DNA of 48,865 bases, from NCBI GenBank assembly GCA_046260175.1, contig JBHEPS010000005.1:8636-57500 (forward strand). The letters run 5' to 3'. The notes under the pieces are model-generated. The model was not told where the DNA came from, did not search any database, and was given only the letters and a program-made list of their open reading frames with translations. The stretch's first letter is position 1. Each line of letters starts with the position of its first letter. Below are positions 26,255 through 34,149 of this stretch, one piece after another. The position numbers and the translations under genes were made by a program. This DNA is from Thermoanaerobaculia bacterium. GTDB lineage: Bacteria; Acidobacteriota; Thermoanaerobaculia; Gp7-AA8.

Positions 26255-27520
26255 ATGCTGGTACTGATCGGACTGAACCACAAAACCGCCCCGGTCGAAG
26301 TCCGCGAGCGGATGAGTGTGCAGGAAGACGCGCTCGACGACGAGCTGAGCCTCCTGCACGCCCTCCCCGGCGTCGAAGGGGTCGTGGTGATCTCCACCTG
26401 CAACCGAGTCGAGATCGCCTGCTCGGTCCAGGGAGACGAGGCGGCGGGGCTGATCGTGGACCGACAGGCCGAGCGCGCGCGCATGGAGCGCAGCGAGCTC
26501 GAACGGCACCTCTACATCCTCCGTGAGGGAGACGTGGTAAGGCACCTGTTCCGCGTCGCTTCGGGCCTCGATTCCATGATCGTCGGCGAGCCGCAGATCG
26601 CGGGTCAGGTTCGCCAGGGATACCACGCCGCAAGAGCCAGAAAGACCCTCGATCCCATCCTCCACAAGCTGTTCGAGCACACGCTTCGAGTGGCCAAGAA
26701 GATCAGGACTGACACGGGTATCGGCGAGCACGCGGTCTCGATCCCCTACGCGGCGGTGGAACTGGCCAAGAAGATCTTCGGCGACCTCAAGGGCCTCCGC
26801 GTCCTCCTGGTGGGCGCCGGGAAGATCGGCGAGCTGACGGCCCAGCATCTGAAAGGACAGGGCCTCGAGGAGATCCTCGTCGCGAATCGCTCTCCCGAGA
26901 GGGCTCGCGAGCTCGCGTCGCGCTTCTGCGGCGACGTCGTACCCTTCGACAGCCTGCGGTCCGAGCTCTCGCGCTGCGACATCGTCATCGCTTCGACGGC
27001 CTCGTCCAACTTCGTGATCGGCAGGGACGAGGTCGAGGAATCGATGGACGCCCGCCGGCATCGCGACCTCTTCCTGGTCGACCTCTCGGTTCCGAGGAAC
27101 ATCGACCCTGAGATCGCGCAGGTCTCCGGCGCATACCTCTACAACATCGACGACCTGAAAGAGATCGCCGATTCGAATCGCGAGATTCGCCTCGGGAAAG
27201 CGGCTGGCGCGGGAACGATCATCGACCGCGAGGTCGAGACGTTCCTCGGTCGCCTCGCCACGCAGGAGGCGATTCCGACGATCCTGGAACTGCGCGAAAG
27301 ACTCGAGGATCTCCGAGCCGCCGAGCTGGAGAAATGCCTCAGGAAATTGGGACCGCTCTCTCCCGAGCAGCGGGCCGCCGTCGAGGCTCTCTCCAACGGG
27401 ATCATCAACAAAGTTCTCCACTATCCGATCCTTCGCCTGAAGGAATCCGCCGCGGACAATCGCCCCGAGAGTGGAGAGGTCATCCGCGAGACCATTCGAA
27501 AGATCTTTGGCCTTCGATGA
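26255..27520 (+). CDS. hemA: Glutamyl-tRNA reductase
   Basis: The ATG at 26255 (GGAGG lies 12 nt upstream) gives MLVLIGLNHKTAPVEVRERMSV...ISTCNRVEI... The NAD site is LVGAGKIGELTA. Confidence 0.93.
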   Translation: MLVLIGLNHKTAPVEVRERMSVQEDALDDELSLLHALPGVEGVVVISTCNRVEIACSVQGDEAAGLIVDRQAERARMERSELERHLYILREGDVVRHLFRVASGLDSMIVGEPQIAGQVRQGYHAARARKTLDPILHKLFEHTLRVAKKIRTDTGIGEHAVSIPYAAVELAKKIFGDLKGLRVLLVGAGKIGELTAQHLKGQGLEEILVANRSPERARELASRFCGDVVPFDSLRSELSRCDIVIASTASSNFVIGRDEVEESMDARRHRDLFLVDLSVPRNIDPEIAQVSGAYLYNIDDLKEIADSNREIRLGKAAGAGTIIDREVETFLGRLATQEAIPTILELRERLEDLRAAELEKCLRKLGPLSPEQRAAVEALSNGIINKVLHYPILRLKESAADNRPESGEVIRETIRKIFGLR

Positions 27521-28431
27521 AATCGATCCGCATCGGAACTCGCGGCAGTCAACTCGCTCTCTGGCAGGCAAACGAGCTCTCGAGGCTTCTTCGCGATGCA
27601 GGCGTTGAACCCGAGATCGTCGTCATCAAGACCACGGGCGACCGACGGCAGGATGTCCCTCTCGCTTCCATCGGCGGGAAGGGGCTTTTCATCAAGGAGC
27701 TCGAAGAAGCGCTTCTCTCCCGCCACGTCGATCTCGCCGTGCACAGCCTCAAGGACGTTCCCTCGATCATCCCCGAGGAGTTCGTGCTGGCCGGCTTTCT
27801 CGAGCGCGCGGACGCGAGAGACGTCTGGATCCGTCACGACGGCGCCTCGCTCGATACTCTTCCCGAGGGAGCGCTGGTCGGAACGAGCTCGCCTCGAAGG
27901 CAGGCGCAGATTCTTTCCCGATGGCCCCACCTGCGCGTCGCGGGTGTGCGTGGGAACGTCGAGACGAGAATCTCGCGACAACGGGACGGTTCCTTCCACG
28001 CGGTCGTCCTGGCCAGCGCCGGACTCACGCGCCTCGGATGGCTCGATCAGGTTGCCGGATTCTTCGGCGTCGACGAGATGGTTCCCGCCGCGGGGCAGGG
28101 GATCATCGGCCTCGAAGTTCTGAAGGGTCGTGACGAGGTCATCGAGATCGTCCGGCGAATCAACCATCCTCCGAGCGAGACCGCAGCCCTGACCGAGCGC
28201 GGCATCCTTCAGGAGTTCGAAACGCGCCTCGACTGCTACTCCCCGATCGCCGTCCACGCCGGAGTCTCCGACGGAAGAATCGACGTACGAGCCTTCATCA
28301 GCGAGCTCGATGGTAGCGGGGCGATCCGCGTGGAAAGGTCCGGCTCGGCTCGCGAGGAGCTGATTTCCGACGTAGCCGCTGGCCTCCGCGATGCGGGGGC
28401 TCTGGACATCCTCGCGCGCACTACCAGCTGA
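27517..28431 (+). CDS. hemC: Hydroxymethylbilane synthase (porphobilinogen deaminase)
   Basis: There is an ATGA overlap with the hemA stop. The product starts MKSIRIGTRGSQLALWQA...IKTTGD... and contains AVHSLKDVP. Confidence 0.93.
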   Translation: MKSIRIGTRGSQLALWQANELSRLLRDAGVEPEIVVIKTTGDRRQDVPLASIGGKGLFIKELEEALLSRHVDLAVHSLKDVPSIIPEEFVLAGFLERADARDVWIRHDGASLDTLPEGALVGTSSPRRQAQILSRWPHLRVAGVRGNVETRISRQRDGSFHAVVLASAGLTRLGWLDQVAGFFGVDEMVPAAGQGIIGLEVLKGRDEVIEIVRRINHPPSETAALTERGILQEFETRLDCYSPIAVHAGVSDGRIDVRAFISELDGSGAIRVERSGSAREELISDVAAGLRDAGALDILARTTS

Positions 28432-28464
28432 GGTCGATTTGCTTCCCGCCTAAGTTTGTAGAGA

Positions 28465-30063
28465 ATGGGGGTCCGGCCCCAGCCACACGCGCCAAATATG
28501 GAATCCGAAGACCGACCCTCCCACCCCCGCCGCTCCGATGAGCTCTCCCTCATCGCGGGCAAGGTTTATCTGGTCGGCTCCGGACCCGGGGATCCCGGCC
28601 TGCTGACACTTCGCGCCGCCGAGCTTCTACGCGCCGCCGATGTCGTCATTCTCGATTCCCAGGTTTCCTCCGACATCGTTGCGCGGATCGGCTCGCATGC
28701 CCGCATCCTCGATCCCTCCAAGAGGAAGAGCGGCAAGAAGGAACTTTCCGAGAAGGACATCGAACAACTCATCGTCGAGGAGGGGCGCAAGGGAAAGATC
28801 GTCGTCCGGCTCAAGAGCGGGGATCCGTTCGTTTTCAGCGGCGGGGGCGAAGAAGCCGAGACGCTCCGGCAGGCGGGAGTTCCGTTCGAGATCGTCCCGG
28901 GCGTTTCCACGGCGATCGCCGCTCCGGCCTATGCCGGAATTCCGGTCACGCACCGGCTCGATGGCTCGACGGTCGTGCTGGTCAATACGAAGGACCCCGG
29001 CTTCGAGCGCATTTCCTGGCCCTCGCTGACCGCCCTGCGCGGTACGCTGATCTTTCTCGGAGGAACGGCCGCGGTTGCAACCACGGCCTCCCGCCTCCAG
29101 GAGGCCGGGATGGACCCCTCCGCCCCGGCGGCCGTGGTCTCCCACGGGACGACGCGACGGCAGAAAACGACCGCCGGAACCCTCGGGACGATCGGAGAGC
29201 TGAGCCGCGAGATCGACCCGTCCGCTCAGTCGCTGCTCGTGGTCGGCGAGGTCGTTCGACTCCACGAATCGATCGCGTGGTTCGAGTCGAAGCCGCTGTT
29301 CGGTCGGACGATCGTCGTCACGCGGGCGCGCGCCCAATCCTCGGGGCTGGTGAAGCTTCTCGAGAACGAAGGTGCGTCGGTCGTTCAGTTCCCGATGATC
29401 GAGATCCGGCCTCCCGAAGCATGGGAATCGCTCGACGGGGTCCTCGACAATGTCTCCGCGTACTCCTGGATCGTCTTTTCTTCCAGCAACGGAGTCGAAG
29501 CCTTCTTCGAGCGGCTGGGACATCACGGAAAAGATTTGCGCGTACTGGCGTCGTGCCGGATCGCCGCGGTTGGCGATGCGACGGCGACTTCGCTTCACAA
29601 TCGCGGGATCATTCCGGACCTCGTGCCCGAGAAGTTCCAGACCGCAGCTCTCATCCCCCATTTTCCGGAGAACCTGAAAGGCGTGCGGATCGCGATCATT
29701 CGCGCCCTTGCCGGGAAGGACGACCTTCTCATGGAGCTCCGCCACCGGGGAGCCGTGGTCGACCTGGGGGTGGCATATCAGACCAGGCCCAGCCGGGGCC
29801 TGAGGGATCAGCTCGGGTCGATGCTCGGCTCCGGCCGGATCGACGCGATCACGTTCACGAGCGCATCGACGGTCGACAATTTCTTCGAGCAGCTCACCGA
29901 GGACGAGCGGAAGAACGTGATCTCGAACATTCGTCTCGCCTCGATCGGACCGGTGACGAGCGAATCACTCCGCTCTCACGGCGTGGACCCTGCGATCGAA
30001 GCTCCGGAAGCGACGATCCACTCGCTCACCCGCGCACTCGTCGATCGCTTCTCTAGGGACTAG
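28465..30063 (+). CDS. cobA-hemD: Bifunctional uroporphyrinogen-III C-methyltransferase / uroporphyrinogen-III synthase
   Basis: The N-terminal half has VYLVGSGPGDPGLLTLRAAELLRAADVVILD and RLKSGDPFVFSGGGEE. The C-terminal half is HemD-like (GRTIVVTRARAQSSGL...). An alternative ATG lies at 28498. The last codons and the TAG stop lie inside the heptamer array. Confidence 0.88.
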   Translation: MGVRPQPHAPNMESEDRPSHPRRSDELSLIAGKVYLVGSGPGDPGLLTLRAAELLRAADVVILDSQVSSDIVARIGSHARILDPSKRKSGKKELSEKDIEQLIVEEGRKGKIVVRLKSGDPFVFSGGGEEAETLRQAGVPFEIVPGVSTAIAAPAYAGIPVTHRLDGSTVVLVNTKDPGFERISWPSLTALRGTLIFLGGTAAVATTASRLQEAGMDPSAPAAVVSHGTTRRQKTTAGTLGTIGELSREIDPSAQSLLVVGEVVRLHESIAWFESKPLFGRTIVVTRARAQSSGLVKLLENEGASVVQFPMIEIRPPEAWESLDGVLDNVSAYSWIVFSSSNGVEAFFERLGHHGKDLRVLASCRIAAVGDATATSLHNRGIIPDLVPEKFQTAALIPHFPENLKGVRIAIIRALAGKDDLLMELRHRGAVVDLGVAYQTRPSRGLRDQLGSMLGSGRIDAITFTSASTVDNFFEQLTEDERKNVISNIRLASIGPVTSESLRSHGVDPAIEAPEATIHSLTRALVDRFSRD

Positions 30064-30279
30064 GGACTAGGGGCTAGGGGCTAGGAAAATCAACGGCAAC
30101 TCCTGTCATCGAGCGAGCGCCGGAGGAATCTGAACTCTCCTGCCATCTTGAGATCCTTCACTCGCGGGCACGGCGACCGTAAATCGTTCACTCAGCGCGG
30201 CGCTCGCTCAGAATGACAGAGGGGTTGCGGTTGCTTTTCCCTAGTCCCTAGTCCCTAGTCCCTAGCCCCTAGTCCCTAA
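30053..30279. repeat. Nested palindromic repeat element, copy E1, with inverted heptamer arrays
   Basis: The left array is CTAGGGA x2, CTAGGGG x2, CTAGG (30053-30085). The right array is CTAGTCC x3, CTAGCCC, CTAGTCC, CTAA (30241-30279). The inner arms are 30084-30100 / 30224-30240 and 30103-30122 / 30198-30219. The apical core box at 30139-30186 is shared with E2 and E3. Confidence 0.9.
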
Positions 30280-30317
30280 CGCTGGCGCCGCCTCCTCCTC
30301 TCCCCTACACTCGCGGC

Positions 30318-33300
30318 ATGAAGGGGGGCCCGAACCACCGCTCACTCAGCCACGCGCTGGCGAGTGGTCTCTTCTGGATCGCTTCCTTCGCCTACGCCTG
30401 TTCGCTCTTCTTCACGCTCCGCAAACCTCTTCGCAACCTCGACCCAGAGCCCCCGGTTGCGATCGGCCGAGTCGTAATCGACTCCGTCTCGAAGACGAGC
30501 GAGTACGCGATGGCGGCGTTGTTCTTCATTGCGGTCCCGATTCTCACGATTCTCCTGCGAAGAGGGCTCGAGTGGTGGCACGACCGGCTCGCGCCAGACC
30601 TTCAGCCCGGCAGCCAGAAGCTCCTCTCCGCCTTCCTCTTCTCGCTTCCATGGATCGCTGCGCCCGCGCTCTTTCTCGCAACGCAGAAAGAGATCTGGGG
30701 GGTGATCTTCCCCGCCGTCCTCCCCGCCGTGGGACCCGTATTGCTCCAGCTGTACAGAAGCCGGCGGTGGATCCGCCAGATTTTTCGCCCCGGCATGGGG
30801 CCATTTCACGCTTTGCTTCTGGCGGAGGCGGCGGCGTGGATTCTTTTCCGCTACCTCGCGACCGGAAAGTGGATCGCGCACATCAGCACGCTCTTTCTCG
30901 AGGTTCTCTTCGTCGCCTTCTTCGCGGCGCTGTTCGAGGGGCTTGCGATCCTGCTCGCGCGGCTGACGTCGACCATGCGAGGGACAGCAGCCGACACCTG
31001 CTTCGCCCGCATCACGGTCGGCGCCTCCCCGCTGCTGGCCCTTCCACTGGCCGCGCTTTTCACGGAGGGAAGCGCCGTCGCCGCCGTTGCGATCTGGCTC
31101 GTCTCGGCTGCGAACATCACCGTCCAACTCCTGAAGCGCGACTCCGAGGTACCAAACGGGCGCCGGGTGCGGACCCTGGTCGGTTGGGTAGCGATCCCGC
31201 TCCTGCTGCTCGTCGGAGGGTGGGCTTCCACGGTCCAGCTGTCGGAATGGGTTGATCTGTTCCACAGGGGCGAATCGCTCGGCCCCGCCTCCGATTATCT
31301 GCGGGGAGACCTTCCCTACCGCGACGTCTTCGTCCTTCACGGGCTGCTCGAGGACGGGATGCTCGACGCCTGGCTCATGACGATCTTCGGCCGGAGCGCG
31401 GAGGTTGCCGTCGTGAGAGCCGCGGTTCTCGCGGCCGCGACGATTCCGGCGCTCTGGATTCTCGGTCTCGTCATTTTCGAGTCCTTCCCCCTGGCGTTGC
31501 TCGTCGTCATGCTCGGCTACGCGACGTTCATCGAGAATCCTCGCGCCTTGCCGGAGATCCTCGCCGCAGCCGCGCTCGTAGCGGCGTTGCGACGTCGAAA
31601 TGGATGGATGGCGGCGCTCACGGGCGCCCTCGGCGGTTTCGCGCTCTTCCTCAGCTTCGACATCGGGCTCTACACCCTCGGCGGCTCCGCGATCGCGCTC
31701 GCGGTACTGACGATCTGGCGGGTTCGAACCGGGGAGAAGGGAAGGCTCTGGCTCCTTCCGGTTGCCTGGGCCGGCGGCGTCGCGGCCGGAATCGCTCCCT
31801 TCTGCATCGGCCTCGCCGCGGCTGGTGTGTTCGGCGACTTCCTGCGGGTTTCTTTCATCGACGTCCCGCGATTCATCGATCCGGTCTGGTCGCTTCCGTT
31901 TCCCGATTACGGCGCTCAGTTCAAGAATGAGTTCAGCCTCAGGAAGCTGCTCGGGTTTCTCCTCGGCGAGGGTATCCGTTTCATCCTCAACCCGATCGTG
32001 ATCGCCGCGGCGATCGGGGTTCTGGTCCACCGTTTCTACCGGCGGACCATCGGCAACCTCGAGCTGGGTCTGCTGGCGATCACCGCTCTGGCGCTGGTTA
32101 CCCAGCGGAGCGCGCTCGGTCGAGCCGACTTCCCCCATCAGTACTTCTCGGCTTTTCTCATCTCACCGATTCTCGTCGTCCTCGGAACGATGCTGTTTCG
32201 GTCCGCCTCGCAGCACTGGCACGAGGGGAGAGGCTCGGAGCGCGTTCTTCTCGTCACGCTCTCTCTCGTTCTGGTCTCGATGCTCGGGGCAACCCTCTGG
32301 ATCCCCGACCTCGTGGAATTGCGCCTCCGGTGGCTGACCAGCTATCGCGCGCGGCTCGGGGGAGCCGAGCTGGAAGCGCACGTGGCGGAGACGAAAGAGC
32401 GCATCTCGGCGGTCAGCCGAGAGGTTCGCCTGCTATCCGGCGGAGATGAGTCGATCTTCGACTTTTCGAATCAGCCGGCGCTCTATTTCTACGCGGATCG
32501 CCGGAATCCGACTCGCTTCTACCAGGTGCCGATTCTCTCGCCGCCGCGCTTCCAGGCCGAGACGATCCGCGACCTCGAGCGGTCGCGGCCGGCCGTCGTT
32601 CTTCGCGGGTCGCCGACTGGACTCGACCGGTTCGACGGCATCCGCAACGAGGTGCGCGCCCAGGCGATCGCCGCGTGGATCGACGCGAACTATGAGTTTC
32701 GACGAACCATTCGAGGAGTCGAGCTCTGGACTCCCCGGGAGCGGCCGGTGCGCGCACCGGTCTCCACCTGGCTCGAGGCGATCCATCTGCCGGACGCGGA
32801 GTTGATCGACGCCAACACCGAGCGGGTCGTGTTCCCTGCCGTTGGGACAGTCCGGGGAGCGAACGACGCCGAGTGGGTCTCCGACCTGCTCGTGCACAAC
32901 CAGGGCGACGTCGCCGTGGAGCTGAGGCTGAGATTTTCGGGAAGCGGGGGGAGCGCCGACCGCTTGCGCGTCGTCGCTCCCGGGCGGCTGGAGCGATTCG
33001 AGAGCTTCTCGGCCACGCTTTTCGGATTCGATCAGAGTGTCGGCTCGCTGTGGATCGAATATCCGATCGGGAACCGCCCCGCCCTCTTCATCGAGACCCG
33101 CGACTCGTCGCGTCCAGGAAGCGGAACCCGCACATCTCCCCTGCACGCCACACAGGCCGTCGAGGAAGGCGGCGAGCGCGAGGAGCTCCTCATCATCGGT
33201 GCCGACGGCACCTGGCCGAGGAGAGTCAATATCGGGGTGGTGAATTTCGGGACGCGGCCGGCGATCGTGCGCATCCACGCCACCACGGAGTCGGGAGAAG

Positions 33301-33524
33301 TGATCGGTCTCCCGGTCCAGCATCAGATCGCCGAGGAGGACTCCTGGATCCTGGTCGACGCCGCCTCGCATCTGGGGGTGCCCATCGAGGGGGGAACCGT
33401 GATCCACGCGACGCCGGTCCGGGGGAGGATCGGCGCCTGGGCTTCGGTCGTGGACGCGACGCGAGGAATTCATCAGGTGCTCGAGGCATTTCCGGCGACG
33501 AATGATCCGAATCGACGTCCCTGA
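30318..33524 (+). CDS. Large polytopic membrane protein (1068 aa) with a C-terminal extracytoplasmic beta-rich region; family not recognised
   Basis: The first ~650 aa are rich in hydrophobic helices. A soluble region follows (NPTRFYQVPILSPPRFQAETIRDLERSRPAVVL...), then two similar segments (VFPAVGTVRGANDAEWVSDLLVHNQGDVAVELRLRF... and RRVNIGVVNFGTRPAIVRIHA...). Confidence 0.75.
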   Translation: MKGGPNHRSLSHALASGLFWIASFAYACSLFFTLRKPLRNLDPEPPVAIGRVVIDSVSKTSEYAMAALFFIAVPILTILLRRGLEWWHDRLAPDLQPGSQKLLSAFLFSLPWIAAPALFLATQKEIWGVIFPAVLPAVGPVLLQLYRSRRWIRQIFRPGMGPFHALLLAEAAAWILFRYLATGKWIAHISTLFLEVLFVAFFAALFEGLAILLARLTSTMRGTAADTCFARITVGASPLLALPLAALFTEGSAVAAVAIWLVSAANITVQLLKRDSEVPNGRRVRTLVGWVAIPLLLLVGGWASTVQLSEWVDLFHRGESLGPASDYLRGDLPYRDVFVLHGLLEDGMLDAWLMTIFGRSAEVAVVRAAVLAAATIPALWILGLVIFESFPLALLVVMLGYATFIENPRALPEILAAAALVAALRRRNGWMAALTGALGGFALFLSFDIGLYTLGGSAIALAVLTIWRVRTGEKGRLWLLPVAWAGGVAAGIAPFCIGLAAAGVFGDFLRVSFIDVPRFIDPVWSLPFPDYGAQFKNEFSLRKLLGFLLGEGIRFILNPIVIAAAIGVLVHRFYRRTIGNLELGLLAITALALVTQRSALGRADFPHQYFSAFLISPILVVLGTMLFRSASQHWHEGRGSERVLLVTLSLVLVSMLGATLWIPDLVELRLRWLTSYRARLGGAELEAHVAETKERISAVSREVRLLSGGDESIFDFSNQPALYFYADRRNPTRFYQVPILSPPRFQAETIRDLERSRPAVVLRGSPTGLDRFDGIRNEVRAQAIAAWIDANYEFRRTIRGVELWTPRERPVRAPVSTWLEAIHLPDAELIDANTERVVFPAVGTVRGANDAEWVSDLLVHNQGDVAVELRLRFSGSGGSADRLRVVAPGRLERFESFSATLFGFDQSVGSLWIEYPIGNRPALFIETRDSSRPGSGTRTSPLHATQAVEEGGEREELLIIGADGTWPRRVNIGVVNFGTRPAIVRIHATTESGEVIGLPVQHQIAEEDSWILVDAASHLGVPIEGGTVIHATPVRGRIGAWASVVDATRGIHQVLEAFPATNDPNRRP

Positions 33525-34149
33525 GTCCTGGAGAAGCATGGCCGCCGTCGTCGCCTCGGTCGACGAGACCGATCTGGCGCAGAGTTTTTCAGAGGCGGAG
33601 CACGCGCGTATTGCCTCGTTCCGGCGGGAGAAGCGCCGCCGGGAATGGGCCGCGAGCCGGATGGCGGCCAAACTACTGGCGGTCGAAACGGGCCTCTGCC
33701 ATTCGCTCACCGACTGCACGGTCGCCAGCGCCTACCGCCGACCTGCGCTGACCATCCACGGCGAAGAGTCCCCGGTCGGCGTCTCGATCACCCACTCGGA
33801 CGGTGCGGGCGCTGCGGCGATCTCACCGAGGCGCATCGGGATCGACCTTCAACTCGTTCGCCCGATGAAGGACCGCTCGACGAAGTTCTTTCTCAACGAC
33901 GATGAGCTCGAGATCTGGCGCGGAATGAGTCTCGCCGATCCGCTCATCCATCTCTGGTGCGCCAAAGAGGCCGGATACAAGCTTCACGCAATGCCCGGCT
34001 GGTACCGGGGGGTGAAGATCGAGCTCGTGGAAGAGCGCTCCGATGGACTCCTGCTGAAGTACGCGGATCCGCTCAGCCGGGGATCGATCGAGACGGCGCG
34101 ACTGAAGGATGGATTCGTGTTCGCGATAGCGAGAAAAACTAGGGGCTAG
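33502..34149 (+). CDS. 4'-phosphopantetheinyl transferase superfamily protein
   Basis: The motifs are EWAASRMAAKLL, GVSITHSDGAGAAAI, IGIDLQLV and WCAKEAGYKL (the W/FxxKEA motif). It overlaps the upstream gene by 23 nt. An alternative ATG lies at 33538. Its stop codon lies in the E2 heptamer array. Confidence 0.8.
   Translation: MIRIDVPESWRSMAAVVASVDETDLAQSFSEAEHARIASFRREKRRREWAASRMAAKLLAVETGLCHSLTDCTVASAYRRPALTIHGEESPVGVSITHSDGAGAAAISPRRIGIDLQLVRPMKDRSTKFFLNDDELEIWRGMSLADPLIHLWCAKEAGYKLHAMPGWYRGVKIELVEERSDGLLLKYADPLSRGSIETARLKDGFVFAIARKTRG

Noticed and set aside
30053-30085. The heptamer arrays as a CRISPR array.
   Set aside because: The units are 7 nt and directly tandem with no spacers. 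No cas genes are present. The arrays occur as inverted pairs around a palindromic core.
30241-30285. E1 or E2 as integron attC sites. The right end reads GTTAGGG on the minus strand, close to the GTTRRRY core.
   Set aside because: The last position does not fit the consensus. No intI, attI or Pc promoter is present. The elements (225-300 nt, with tandem-heptamer arms) are unlike attC architecture.
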